From a virus (lineage: Duplodnaviria > Caudoviricetes), in IMG/VR virus record IMGVR_UViG_3300044633_000159, positions 1-61,096 of that record: 61,096 nucleotides of DNA; one strand, given 5' to 3'. The notes under the pieces are model-generated. The model was not told the origin of the DNA and did not search any database. It saw only the letters and a list, made by a program, of their open reading frames with translations. Of the stretch, positions 47,201-58,181 are shown in pieces; position 1 is the first letter of the stretch; each line of letters opens with the position of its first letter. A program made the position numbers and the translations under genes.

Positions 47201-48031
47201 ATGAAACAAAATACAAAAGAAACAGTAGTAGAACAAGAAGTAGCAACTGAAGTTGTTACAACAACAAAACCTCAAGAACCAAAAAAACCAAAGAGTACTT
47301 GGGAGATTAAAGATAGAACTTATATGATTTCAGATAGTTCTTTCCCGTTAACATACACATTACATTGTAGACACACTCCAAGGTACCCATTGTTATGGTT
47401 TGATAATGAAACTGGTAATCAAGAAGAATTAAGATATGCTACTAATCAAAATTCACCATTGGTTAAAGACCAGAAGGGACAAGTAACACTAGGACACGTT
47501 ATATTTGAGAACGGAATATTGTTTGTTCCAAAAGAAAAACAAAACTTACAAAAACTATTATCTATTTACCATCCAGGACGTAATATAAAATATACTGAGT
47601 TTGACGCTGTTGTTGAAGCAGAAGATGATTTAGATTATTTAGAACTAGAAGTTGAAGCAATGAACGCTGCTTTTAGCATGGACATCGACATGGCAGAAGC
47701 TATCGTAAGAGTAGAAGTAGGTTCTAGAGTCAATAAGATGAGTTCTAAGGAAGTAAAAAGAGATTTATTACTGTTAGCTAGGAAAAATCCTTCTTTGTTC
47801 TTAGAATTAGCTAATGACGATAATGTACCTTTAAGAAACTTAGCGATTAGAGCAACTGAAACTGGTATAATCAAACTATCACAAGATCAACGAACGTTTA
47901 TGTGGGGAGAGAATGATAGAAAACTTATGACAGTGCCTTTTGATGAGAATCCGTATTCAGCTATGGCTGCATTTTTTAAGACAGATGAGGGTATAGGTAT
48001 TTTTAAATCTATAGAGAAAAAACTAAAATAA
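47201..48031 (+). CDS. Conserved head-module protein
   Basis: Directly after capsid gene. Confidence 0.6.
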   Translation: MKQNTKETVVEQEVATEVVTTTKPQEPKKPKSTWEIKDRTYMISDSSFPLTYTLHCRHTPRYPLLWFDNETGNQEELRYATNQNSPLVKDQKGQVTLGHVIFENGILFVPKEKQNLQKLLSIYHPGRNIKYTEFDAVVEAEDDLDYLELEVEAMNAAFSMDIDMAEAIVRVEVGSRVNKMSSKEVKRDLLLLARKNPSLFLELANDDNVPLRNLAIRATETGIIKLSQDQRTFMWGENDRKLMTVPFDENPYSAMAAFFKTDEGIGIFKSIEKKLK

Positions 48032-48039
48032 CATGTAAT
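48016..48039 (+). promoter_or_regulatory. Possible class II promoter, followed by hairpin 48051-48085
   Basis: GAAAAA-N11-ATGTAAT. Confidence 0.4.
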
Positions 48040-48107
48040 ACTAATATGAAGGCGGATATTGTAAATTAAACTGCAGTATCCGCTTAATATTATAATAAAA
48101 ATAACAA

Positions 48108-48803
48108 ATGGCAGTAAGTGTAGACACGGTATATAGAACTGTTTTATTAATTATAAACAAGGAACAAAGAGGTAACTTAACTCCTGATGAATTTAATAAA
48201 ACTGCAACTCAAGTTCAATTAGAAATATTCAACGAATACTTTGAAGATCTAAACCAAGTTCTTAGAGTTCAAGGTAATGACAGTGAATATTCAGATAGAA
48301 TAAAAAACCTAGAAGAAAAAATAGCTTTTTTTCATTCTAACGGAAATTGTACTTTTTCTGTAGATAGTTTTGCAACGCCTGATGCTACCAATTTTTATAA
48401 GATAGGCACTGTAATATACAAAGGAGAAAAAGAAGTTCAATATGTTCAACCTAATGAACTATTAGAACTAATGTTGTCACCTATAACAAAACCTTCACTT
48501 TATTGGCCAGTATACGAATATAAAAATTCTAAAATATACGTATATCCAAAAACTATAAGCACTGATATTTCTTGTACCTATATTAAGAAACCATTAAACC
48601 CAATGTGGAATTTTACATTAGGACCAAACAATCAATATATCTATAATGCTGGCGCTTCGCAGGATTTTCAATTACATCCTACAGAACAAAATAATTTAAT
48701 AACTAGAATATTACTTTATTCAGGTATAGTTGTAAATGATCCGCAGATAGTGGGTATAGCAGCTCAACAGATTCAAGCAGAGAATATTAATTCAAAATCA
48801 TAA
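48108..48803 (+). CDS. Tail ring / head-tail adaptor protein
   Basis: NKEQRG..TP.EFN and Y.KKP..P.W patterns; position before tail genes. Confidence 0.6.
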   Translation: MAVSVDTVYRTVLLIINKEQRGNLTPDEFNKTATQVQLEIFNEYFEDLNQVLRVQGNDSEYSDRIKNLEEKIAFFHSNGNCTFSVDSFATPDATNFYKIGTVIYKGEKEVQYVQPNELLELMLSPITKPSLYWPVYEYKNSKIYVYPKTISTDISCTYIKKPLNPMWNFTLGPNNQYIYNAGASQDFQLHPTEQNNLITRILLYSGIVVNDPQIVGIAAQQIQAENINSKS

Positions 48804-48809
48804 TAGAGT

Positions 48810-50075
48810 ATGTCAACACCTAACAATGGATTAATAACGGAAACTAATAGACAGTATTACGAAGGAGCACAAGGTTTCGAAATAATATATACTCCAGGCA
48901 GCGGAACTAGACCTACATGGACCTCATCTTTTACTACAACTTTTAATACAGACCTTGTTTTTGGAGATTGGGACCCTAATGGTACTAACTATGCTTTAAA
49001 TAATTTTAAACTGTACTGGAGTTTAACAGGATTCCCTGGTACATTTGAGGAAGTTGTAACTCAATATTCGGTTAATGGTAATACAATAACGTATGTTAAC
49101 TCTTCTCTACCAACATCAGACAGTTTTTTAGTTGTTCAATTAAAAACTTTAAGTGGTGGCAGATATGGAGATCAAGATGACCCATCTACTTTGGCTTACG
49201 GAGAGACTACAGAACAAAACTATGGTAGTTATTCTTATATAACACTTAACGATGTTATTAATAATTTTATGGTTGCTTATGTTGGACATGGCAAATTAAT
49301 AAATACAGTAAAAAGAACTGATGTTATATTCCATGCTAAACGCAGTATGCAGGAGTTCAGTTATGATACTTTAAAAAGTATTAAATCACAAGAACTAAAC
49401 ATACCACCAAGTCTAAGTATTATAATACCTCAAGACTATGTAAACTACGTGAAGATGTCTTGGATAGATCATTCAGGAATAAAACATCCTATATATCCTT
49501 CAAACAATATAACTATCAGTCCTTATGAGAATCCTATACAGGATAATAGAGGTATGCCGATTCAGGATAACTTTGAATCAAATATAACAGGTACATCGAT
49601 AACAGAAGAAAGATGGGCAACCAACAATAAAGACCGTATAACATTTGACTCTAATAACTTTGTTGGTGATTGGTATAATGGAGACATGTGGGTACAGAGT
49701 GTTTTCTATGGTAGAAGATATGGCGTAGATCCACAGTATGCAAACATGAACGGTTATTTCACTATGAATGAAAGAGAAGGTAAAATATCTTTTAGTAGTG
49801 ATTTAGTTGGTAAGTTAATAGTTTTAGAATATGTTTCAGATGGTTTAGCTTATGATCTAGATTCTAGAGTACCTAAACTAGTAGAAGAAGCAATGTATGC
49901 TTATATTCTTCACGCTATAATAGCGTCTAGAGCAAATCAACCTGAATACTTAGTTCAAAGATTAAAACAAGAGAAGAGTGCTAAACTAAGAAACGCTAAA
50001 ATAAGATTATCAAATATCAAGTTAGAGGAAATAACTCAAGTATTAAGAGGACAATCTAAATGGATTAAACACTAG
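48810..50075 (+). CDS. Tail ring / structural protein
   Basis: IPQDYVNYVK and VLEYVSDGL motifs; position in tail module. Confidence 0.6.
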   Translation: MSTPNNGLITETNRQYYEGAQGFEIIYTPGSGTRPTWTSSFTTTFNTDLVFGDWDPNGTNYALNNFKLYWSLTGFPGTFEEVVTQYSVNGNTITYVNSSLPTSDSFLVVQLKTLSGGRYGDQDDPSTLAYGETTEQNYGSYSYITLNDVINNFMVAYVGHGKLINTVKRTDVIFHAKRSMQEFSYDTLKSIKSQELNIPPSLSIIIPQDYVNYVKMSWIDHSGIKHPIYPSNNITISPYENPIQDNRGMPIQDNFESNITGTSITEERWATNNKDRITFDSNNFVGDWYNGDMWVQSVFYGRRYGVDPQYANMNGYFTMNEREGKISFSSDLVGKLIVLEYVSDGLAYDLDSRVPKLVEEAMYAYILHAIIASRANQPEYLVQRLKQEKSAKLRNAKIRLSNIKLEEITQVLRGQSKWIKH

Positions 50076-50079
50076 TAAA

Positions 50080-53000
50080 ATGGCTGAAGTAAAAAATAGT
50101 TTCTTACAATCAAAAATGAATAAAGATCTAGACGATAGACTTATTCCAAATGGACAGTACAGAGACGCTTTAAATGTATCTATAGGTAAATCTGAAAGTG
50201 AAAATGTAGGTGTACTACAAAATATTTTAGGTAATACAAAACTAAATACATTAAGTACTGTTGATGCTACTCTAAATTGTATTGGTGTTTTTATGGATAA
50301 CCAAAACAATAGAATATATCAATTTCTAACTAATTATACAGATTTAAATCCTGAAGATATAACGTTATGTGATAATATAACTCCTCCTATAGGTGGTTGG
50401 GTTATGAAAATTACTGTTTATGACTTCAATACAAGTCCTCAATATACAACATTAGTATCCGGTACTTTTTTGAACTTTTCAACAACAAACCTAATATTAG
50501 GTGTAAATCTAGTAGAAGGTTTATTATTTTGGACTGATAATAGAAACCAACCGCGTAAGATAAATGTTAGTAGCGCATTAAATAATCCTTTGTATTATAC
50601 TACAGAAACTCAAATATCTGTAGCTAAATACGCTCCTGTTGATCCTATATCTATGTTTAAAAAAGCAACGGCAGTTGTAATAAGTATAGACACTGACAAT
50701 TTTGTTTATAGTTTTGAAAGCCAAACAGGAGTATTAGAAGTAGGTATGACGCTGGTTAAGAGTACAATGCCTGAAAACGGATATACCTCAATAGTAGGTT
50801 TTCCAAATGAGGATTCATTTGAATTATATACTTTTGATAATACTATAAGCGAAGGTGACACACTTACGTTTATAACATCTACTATGACAGACAAATCTTC
50901 TGATCCAGATTGGCCGGGTGATCCATCTTTTTTAGAGGATAAATATGTTAGATTTAGTTATAGATTTAAGTTTGATGATAACGAGTATTCTTTAATTGCT
51001 CCATTTACTCAAATAGCATATATACCAAAACAAAAAGGATATTTTATAGATGGTAATGAGTCTTCAGCTTATAAGAGTACAGTTATTAGTTGGATGGAAA
51101 ACAACGTTAATAATATAGAATTATTGGTACCTTTACCAGATACAGGTGATAATATTAGAGACTCATACAAAATAACTCAATTAGAAATATTATATAAAGA
51201 GTCTGATGCTTTGTCTATAAAAGTATTAGATACTATTGACTATGTTGCTATAAGACAATCTTCTCCAAATACTAATGTATATAATTACCCATATCAGTCT
51301 CAGAAGCCATTTAAAACACTCTCTGATGATCAAATAACTAGAGTATATGATAATGTACCAGTTAGAGCATTAGGGCAAGAAATAGTTGGTAATAGGGTGG
51401 TTTATGGTAACTTTTATAATATGTATTCTCCACCATCATCAATAAATTATAATACTACTATATTGTCAAAATCTAGTATTTTTAATAATTTTATAGAATA
51501 CCCTAATCATACAATAAAACAAAATAGAAATTATCAAGTAGGCTTTGTATTAGCTGATAAGTTTGGTAGACAATCATCTGTAATATTATCAACAGTTGAC
51601 CTACAGTCTACAAGTGTAGCCGGTACAATATTTGGAGGATCAACATTATATGCTCCATATGAAGAGGATAGTTCATCAAATATAATATCAGTAAAAAATT
51701 GGTTTGGTAATGCTATAGTTACTATTGTAAACAGCACTATAGATTCAACAAGAGATATTCAAGCCGGAACACCTGGACTATATGCAGAACCAACATCTGC
51801 TATTGGATTTATCGTTTTACCTACTACCACCGCTATCACAGATAATTCTTATCAATTTACAATAAGCTCAGCACCCGGTCAGGCCGTGCCTGTTATAGGA
51901 GATCGTATGAGAGGTGCGTATACTGATTATGTTACTGTTGTACCTAAAAAACCTTCAGACCCAAATCCACCACATCCAGCATACTTTATTAGAACTAGTG
52001 GAAGAATTAATGATGTTTATTTATCAAACCCTGACAATGATGTTGATACAAAATTCGCATATAATATAAATGAAATAGGTTGGTATTCTTATAAGATTGT
52101 GGTTAAACAACAGCAACAAGAATATTATAACGTATATTTACCAGGAATGTTGGATGGGTATCCTAGTAATCAAACATATGGTTCTCAAGTAATATATACA
52201 GATGGAGTGGCATCTACACAAAACGGTATAAATACAACTGACTTCCCAGTAGGAGAAATTGGCAAAACAGGTCATATAGTATTAATAAATGATAATATAA
52301 ATAAAGTACCTAGAGATTTAGTTGAAGTTGGACCTGATCAAAAATTATATAGAAGTAGTGTTTCTTTATATGGTAAAGTAGAAAACGCGGCTACTTTATT
52401 ACCATTAATTGCTGATGAAGATTATTTAGTAACAAATCCATTAGAAACATCGATAGTATATAAAATAGAAGACAATGTTGGCATATTAACATCTGTTGTA
52501 GCCGGTAATGGAATTCAATCTGATCAATCAAACACTCCCGCTGACAATCCTAAAAGATGGTATGCTAATACAGCAGTAGTTTCTAATGAATTGTATTCTT
52601 TTGATGTAATAATAAGAGTTTTAGCAGAAGTAGGAGATACGCTTATAGCTTTAAATGTTCCTCATGAAAATATAGAAATAGACGATCAAGTAGTATACGA
52701 AGTTGATGGTATTAAATATTATAATTCTATATCTGCAGGGGGAACTACAGATGTTACACTAACCACTGCTTTAACTACTGATATACCTGTAGATACAATA
52801 ATAAAAATTATTAGGCCAACCCACGGTAAAATTACTTTTAGTCCACCAAACTTTGTTAATAACGATGGAACAAATGTATATTTAAACTACACTATAGCAA
52901 AAGGAGAAAATATTCAATATTTCCCAACAAGAAAAGCGGACATAGTAACAGCTATAGCCACAGCTGCAGATTTTAATTTCTTAGATAATAACGTAAACAA

Positions 53001-56000
53001 TATAAAAGGTACTGCCGGTTTAAACTTTTATCAATTACAAACAAAACCTAGTATTGGCAGGGTGTCTGTGGTTAACCCAATAGGAGTTATCAGTGATATA
53101 ATGACCCCGTACTTAAGCGTATATGAAACAACACCTGAAATATCTGCTTTGCAATTATTTTGGGAAACCGCATCAACTGGTCTTATATCAGATTTAAACT
53201 ATGATGTTTCAGTTGGTTATGATGGTCCTATAGGATTTAGCAATATTAACTTTGTATTTAATGAGGATCAAGATAAAGATGGATCTGGCTTAAATGAAGG
53301 AGAGCCAAATTCAAAATGGATAACTAATACTTTTACTCTTTTAAATAACACGGGCGTACCATTACCTTTTATAGGTAATCCAGTATTAGTTTCCGTTTTT
53401 GATAATTTTGGTACAGATGTAACATCGTCTTTTGGAGTTAGTTTAGAATCGCCTCTTGACCCTAACACTATAAGAATATTTATTAACAATTCATTTGCTT
53501 TTACACACACGTCAAATATTTTTGGTAACTTTACATTTCAAATAAGAACAGAATTAACACCTGGTCAATTTGCAACATTCCCTGTTTATGGGCGTTTAAG
53601 AAATATAGCTCCTTATTTTACAGAAACTGCAGAAGACTATAGCGTTAAAATATCTGTAGATTATCCATTTAATAGTAGTCAGGATGTTGAATTCATAACT
53701 GCTAGTAATGGTTCTTTTAGTACTGGTTCACAAAGTCAAATAAACTTGTTTTGGAGCATAATAGAAGGTAATTCTGATAATTACTTTACATTAAATAGTT
53801 CTACTGGATTATTATCTTTAATTAATGAAAATATACCTATTGGTATATACACATTAAAAGTCGAAATACAAGACGCTTATAGTTCTGGTCCTTTATTTGG
53901 TGATCCTGATTATTTTGGCACATTATCAAGCGAAATTGAATTTACTGTTACTATAATGCCACGCCCGGTTCCTGATAGTTTAATATATGAAACAGATGAG
54001 TTTGTATGGAATCATGACACTGCATGCAGCGGTTCTAATGTCCCCGGTCAAGGTTATGCGGCTTTTTATGTAGGAGCTGCTAATATAAGACCAAATATAT
54101 TTGGAATAAACCTTGGATTACCTGATATAACACTTACTAGCCCTCCGGCATCAAGTAGAGCTTTCCAATCATATGTAAATGTAGGTAGCGCTAATGGGTT
54201 AATATTTGGTTCATCAAATCCTCCAATAGGATTGACTAGAGGTACTTTAGAGTGGGTCATATCAAATGTTGGTAGAAATATGTATCCAAACTATAGCTCA
54301 GTTGATACTGCTCAAAAGAAAAACGCATATTGGAATACGCAAAGGCAAGGTGACTTAGAATATATATTATACTACAGAGCAAATAGTAGTGATTCTTGGA
54401 TACCAGCTAGGAGTGATAATGGTTTCCCAGAAACTTTACAATCAACGCCCGTTTGGAGATCTATAGTAGATTTAGAAATGTCTCTTTACCATTTTACTTG
54501 GGCAAAGTTAGAGAATGCGGTTAATCCTAACAGTACATCTATTGCTATAATCATACCTGAATTTCAAGCACAGCCAAAAGTAAACGATTATATTGAAATG
54601 CAAAGTTCAATTTTTTCTATTCCTTTTACTAGTAGGATAACTGAAGTTAATATAAATACAAACACAGTTGGAATAATAATAGACCCACCAACTCCTCCTA
54701 TTGCGGGATTTGGGGCTGGTTTAAATGTTAAGATAATTAGAGTTCCTGAAAATAGTACAGGTGAAGTTTTTAAACAAACATCTTTTACAACATCTAATCC
54801 AGGGGAATATTGCCTTGTGTTAAAGTATACTTATAAAAGAGAAGTTGATGACTATGTATTTAGAAGAACTACTGATGGTCTTGGAGTCAGTGATTATGTT
54901 AATCTTGATCCAGGTGTAGCGGTGGTAGTTGGCGATAATGCTTTCTGGTCTACAAATGAGCCTTTTGCAAGTTATTCTAGGACAGTTGAAAGCGTTACAA
55001 CAATTTTAACTGGCCAACGGATAAATATGAACGGAACAAACGTTGTGATACCAGACAATACAACAATAACGTTTCGTAGACCAAATCCTAAAAATTTATA
55101 TTGCTCTACTATTGACATGTTTGGCAAGGTACAAACTAGAGATGTTAATTACCCGATTAATCCTATAAGATACCAAGTAGCGTCAAACTCTATTTCAAAT
55201 TACCCTTATAGTACATCTCCGCTATCTTATTTAAGTGTTATTACAGGATTTGATTATGTAATTAACGCTACTCTAATAGCGCAGACAACGGTATCAAATG
55301 AAATAGAGTTATTAAGTCTACCAATTCCGCAATATTTATTTGTAATGGATGGTAAAATTACACCTGGTGTTTATGTGTATACTTCTGGATATACTGATTG
55401 GGTTGGTGATCCGTATTTTGAACCTAATGCGCAAGTAACTGATTTTGATGAAAATACTAGGACAATAACAATAAGTTCTTCAACTAAAGTTCCAATACCG
55501 GCAGATACTAAAATAGTTTTAACAGTTAGACCTGACGCAGGATTTGGGTTTACTGGTTCTTTATGGACAACTTCTAATAATGGATTAGCTATAACTCAAT
55601 TTTACTCAGATGAAAATATGTTACTGCCTTGGCAACCGGCGTATAGTGATGGGTTTTGTGTTTATAGAAACGCTGATAGAGATTATAGTGAGCAAATAAC
55701 AGATGGCCCAGTTACATGGAGCGTTCCACCTCCTGGTAATGCACCGTATATAACTATTATGCCTCCAATAACCAAAAAACCATTCTTTACAGGAAGGTTC
55801 ACTGGAAATGGGCAATCTATTATAAGTACGACCTCGGGAGCTGTAGATTTTTATACTGCTTGGAATTATGAACAAAGATATCCTATAGTTGGTGTAAATG
55901 TTAGTGTTTTATTACAGTGTTTGGTTGACGATACATCTTCGTTTTTAAGTGACGTTGTAGTTGGGGACTTCGTTTATAATTTAACAACTGGACTCTCCAC

Positions 56001-56142
56001 TCAAGTTACGGAAGTAATCAGTAATACCGTGTTAAAATTAAGTGATAATATATTTACTGAAGTTGGAAGAACATATATGGTAAGCCCTAAGTTGTTTGTA
56101 AATCAAGAACCAGGCAATCTATACCAAGTAAAATCTTATTAA
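50080..56142 (+). CDS. Large tail nozzle/stabilisation protein (N-terminal part) with inserted beta domains
   Basis: KMNKDLDDRL.P.GQYRDALNV, LFWTDNRNQPRKIN, RFSYRFK..D.EYS..APF, GNRVVYGN. Confidence 0.7.
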   Translation: MAEVKNSFLQSKMNKDLDDRLIPNGQYRDALNVSIGKSESENVGVLQNILGNTKLNTLSTVDATLNCIGVFMDNQNNRIYQFLTNYTDLNPEDITLCDNITPPIGGWVMKITVYDFNTSPQYTTLVSGTFLNFSTTNLILGVNLVEGLLFWTDNRNQPRKINVSSALNNPLYYTTETQISVAKYAPVDPISMFKKATAVVISIDTDNFVYSFESQTGVLEVGMTLVKSTMPENGYTSIVGFPNEDSFELYTFDNTISEGDTLTFITSTMTDKSSDPDWPGDPSFLEDKYVRFSYRFKFDDNEYSLIAPFTQIAYIPKQKGYFIDGNESSAYKSTVISWMENNVNNIELLVPLPDTGDNIRDSYKITQLEILYKESDALSIKVLDTIDYVAIRQSSPNTNVYNYPYQSQKPFKTLSDDQITRVYDNVPVRALGQEIVGNRVVYGNFYNMYSPPSSINYNTTILSKSSIFNNFIEYPNHTIKQNRNYQVGFVLADKFGRQSSVILSTVDLQSTSVAGTIFGGSTLYAPYEEDSSSNIISVKNWFGNAIVTIVNSTIDSTRDIQAGTPGLYAEPTSAIGFIVLPTTTAITDNSYQFTISSAPGQAVPVIGDRMRGAYTDYVTVVPKKPSDPNPPHPAYFIRTSGRINDVYLSNPDNDVDTKFAYNINEIGWYSYKIVVKQQQQEYYNVYLPGMLDGYPSNQTYGSQVIYTDGVASTQNGINTTDFPVGEIGKTGHIVLINDNINKVPRDLVEVGPDQKLYRSSVSLYGKVENAATLLPLIADEDYLVTNPLETSIVYKIEDNVGILTSVVAGNGIQSDQSNTPADNPKRWYANTAVVSNELYSFDVIIRVLAEVGDTLIALNVPHENIEIDDQVVYEVDGIKYYNSISAGGTTDVTLTTALTTDIPVDTIIKIIRPTHGKITFSPPNFVNNDGTNVYLNYTIAKGENIQYFPTRKADIVTAIATAADFNFLDNNVNNIKGTAGLNFYQLQTKPSIGRVSVVNPIGVISDIMTPYLSVYETTPEISALQLFWETASTGLISDLNYDVSVGYDGPIGFSNINFVFNEDQDKDGSGLNEGEPNSKWITNTFTLLNNTGVPLPFIGNPVLVSVFDNFGTDVTSSFGVSLESPLDPNTIRIFINNSFAFTHTSNIFGNFTFQIRTELTPGQFATFPVYGRLRNIAPYFTETAEDYSVKISVDYPFNSSQDVEFITASNGSFSTGSQSQINLFWSIIEGNSDNYFTLNSSTGLLSLINENIPIGIYTLKVEIQDAYSSGPLFGDPDYFGTLSSEIEFTVTIMPRPVPDSLIYETDEFVWNHDTACSGSNVPGQGYAAFYVGAANIRPNIFGINLGLPDITLTSPPASSRAFQSYVNVGSANGLIFGSSNPPIGLTRGTLEWVISNVGRNMYPNYSSVDTAQKKNAYWNTQRQGDLEYILYYRANSSDSWIPARSDNGFPETLQSTPVWRSIVDLEMSLYHFTWAKLENAVNPNSTSIAIIIPEFQAQPKVNDYIEMQSSIFSIPFTSRITEVNINTNTVGIIIDPPTPPIAGFGAGLNVKIIRVPENSTGEVFKQTSFTTSNPGEYCLVLKYTYKREVDDYVFRRTTDGLGVSDYVNLDPGVAVVVGDNAFWSTNEPFASYSRTVESVTTILTGQRINMNGTNVVIPDNTTITFRRPNPKNLYCSTIDMFGKVQTRDVNYPINPIRYQVASNSISNYPYSTSPLSYLSVITGFDYVINATLIAQTTVSNEIELLSLPIPQYLFVMDGKITPGVYVYTSGYTDWVGDPYFEPNAQVTDFDENTRTITISSSTKVPIPADTKIVLTVRPDAGFGFTGSLWTTSNNGLAITQFYSDENMLLPWQPAYSDGFCVYRNADRDYSEQITDGPVTWSVPPPGNAPYITIMPPITKKPFFTGRFTGNGQSIISTTSGAVDFYTAWNYEQRYPIVGVNVSVLLQCLVDDTSSFLSDVVVGDFVYNLTTGLSTQVTEVISNTVLKLSDNIFTEVGRTYMVSPKLFVNQEPGNLYQVKSY

Positions 56143-56163
56143 AAACCAAAATAAACAAGTAAT
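56140..56163 (+). promoter_or_regulatory. Class II promoter
   Basis: TAAAAA-N11-AAGTAAT. Confidence 0.5.
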
Positions 56164-56171
56164 TATTAATT

Positions 56172-57761
56172 ATGGCAGCAACTATAGAATTAAAATATTT
56201 TAACTCATTTTGGTTAAAGAAGTTAGACACTGTGGTAGATGTTTTCCCAGCAGAATATCCTGTTTTTGAAAGTAACATAACTGAAAATACTATAACATTT
56301 GACTTAAGTTTAGTATCTATTGGCATAGGACAATCAATAAGTTATGAAGTTGACGGGGTAACTTATACTAACACTGTGTTTAAACGTACTTCTGGTACAA
56401 AAGGCATACAGTTATCTACGCAAATGCCAGATGAAGTTCCTGTTGGTACTATTATAAAATTTGGAATAATAACAGATTTTTCACATATTCCAGAAGCATA
56501 TCAATCCACCCCGGAAAGTGATTGGTATGTTGAAGAAGCTAGAATACGTGGTGGTTATAATAATACATCTGTAGACTTTGGCGTTAAGGCATATATAGTT
56601 GAAGACGTGAATGGTCAACAATATAGAGGTAACTCTATGATATATTCTGGTATATTTAATTCTAGAACCGGTATAAACAATACTAATCAGTTTTCAGTAA
56701 GTGAAGATATAATTAGAAGCGTAGAACCTTCTCAAGGATCTATACAAAAACTATATGCCGAAGATACAAACCTTATTATATTTCAAGAAAGAAAGGTTAG
56801 TAGAGCATTAATAGATAAAGATGCGATATATTCAGCTGAAGGTCAGCCAATGACTACATCTGGAACGCAGGTAATAGGTCAAATTCAATCATACGCCGGT
56901 AATTATGGTATAAGTACTAACCCTGAGAGTTTTGCTGTTTATGGGTATCGAAAATACTTTACAGACAGAAATCAGAACGCTGTTCTAAGATTATCTCAAG
57001 ACGGTATAACTGAAATATCAGCAAACGGTATGATTGATTACTTTAGAGATAATTTATCAGGAGTTGGTCAAAGCGGTAGAGTGGTAGGATCTTGGGACAT
57101 GCATAATAAATTATACGTCTTGTCTATGCAACCGCCAGTTATAACAGGTACTAGAGATGATATAGATCGTTTTCAAACAATATCTTTCGATGAAGATATA
57201 AATGGTTGGACTAGTCTTTATTCATTCAAACCAGAATTAGCTGGTAGTTTAAGAGAAAACTATTTTACTTTTAAAAATGGAAATATATGGAAACATTATG
57301 CTCCTACAACTCAAGTTGGTTATTCTAATTTCTACGGAGTGCAATATAGTTCAAAAGTAACTTTAGTATTAAACCCTAATGTATCTGAGTCTAAAAACTT
57401 TAATACTATAAACTATGAGGGCGGACCAGGATGGGCTCTTACGGATCTTCATACTGATTCAGACAAAGCTTTAAGCATTAGTTCGTTTGTTCTGCCAACT
57501 AACTTAAACGATTTACAAAATCAATTATTTACAAACTCATTTAAGAGTAAAGAAAATAAATACTTTGGAACAATAATAAATGATACTGTTTCGAGTCAAG
57601 GCGAAGTTATATATGGAAATTCTATGTCTGGTGTAAAAGGATATTATATAACAGCTACATTAGAATTCCCTGACCCTTACTTAACAGGGGCTGCTATATC
57701 TAATACTAAACAAGCTGAGTTATTTGCGGTGTCTTTAAACTATGTGCATTCATATTATTAA
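56172..57761 (+). CDS. Tail nozzle/stabilisation protein, beta-propeller part
   Basis: GSIQKL...TNL..FQE.KV, YGIS.NPESFA..G...YFTD, VLRLS.DG.TEIS, GWTS.YSF.PE. Confidence 0.7.
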   Translation: MAATIELKYFNSFWLKKLDTVVDVFPAEYPVFESNITENTITFDLSLVSIGIGQSISYEVDGVTYTNTVFKRTSGTKGIQLSTQMPDEVPVGTIIKFGIITDFSHIPEAYQSTPESDWYVEEARIRGGYNNTSVDFGVKAYIVEDVNGQQYRGNSMIYSGIFNSRTGINNTNQFSVSEDIIRSVEPSQGSIQKLYAEDTNLIIFQERKVSRALIDKDAIYSAEGQPMTTSGTQVIGQIQSYAGNYGISTNPESFAVYGYRKYFTDRNQNAVLRLSQDGITEISANGMIDYFRDNLSGVGQSGRVVGSWDMHNKLYVLSMQPPVITGTRDDIDRFQTISFDEDINGWTSLYSFKPELAGSLRENYFTFKNGNIWKHYAPTTQVGYSNFYGVQYSSKVTLVLNPNVSESKNFNTINYEGGPGWALTDLHTDSDKALSISSFVLPTNLNDLQNQLFTNSFKSKENKYFGTIINDTVSSQGEVIYGNSMSGVKGYYITATLEFPDPYLTGAAISNTKQAELFAVSLNYVHSYY

Positions 57762-57772
57762 AATTAAATTAA

Positions 57773-58180
57773 ATGGAATTAAATATAAGAGCATTAAAAG
57801 AATCTGATTGGGAAACATTATTATCCTGGTGGAAATGGTGGAGATGGCCAGAGTTGAACAAAGAAGTACTGCCGATGAATGGTACTGGTGGATTGATGGT
57901 TTGTAAAGGAGATATACCAATCGCTGCTGGCTTTTTATATTTAACTAATTCTAAAGTCGCGTGGTTAGATTGGATTGTTTCTAATCCTGATTATAGAGAA
58001 AAAGATAGAAAAGAATCTTTAGCTTTACTAATAAATGGTTTAGAAACAGTAGCCTTAAACGAAGGATGTAGTACAATAATAAGTATAACAAGAAGTAAAA
58101 GTTTAATGGATATACATAGTAAGCTAGGATATACTGTAGACAAGAATCCTTCCTATGAAATATCAAAAAAAATAACATAA
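57773..58180 (+). CDS. GNAT-fold acetyltransferase-like protein
   Basis: IR.L.E.D..; AAGFLY; W.DWIVSNP.YR; KLGY; position before internal virion genes as in other podoviruses. Confidence 0.6.
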   Translation: MELNIRALKESDWETLLSWWKWWRWPELNKEVLPMNGTGGLMVCKGDIPIAAGFLYLTNSKVAWLDWIVSNPDYREKDRKESLALLINGLETVALNEGCSTIISITRSKSLMDIHSKLGYTVDKNPSYEISKKIT

Positions 58181-58181
58181 T

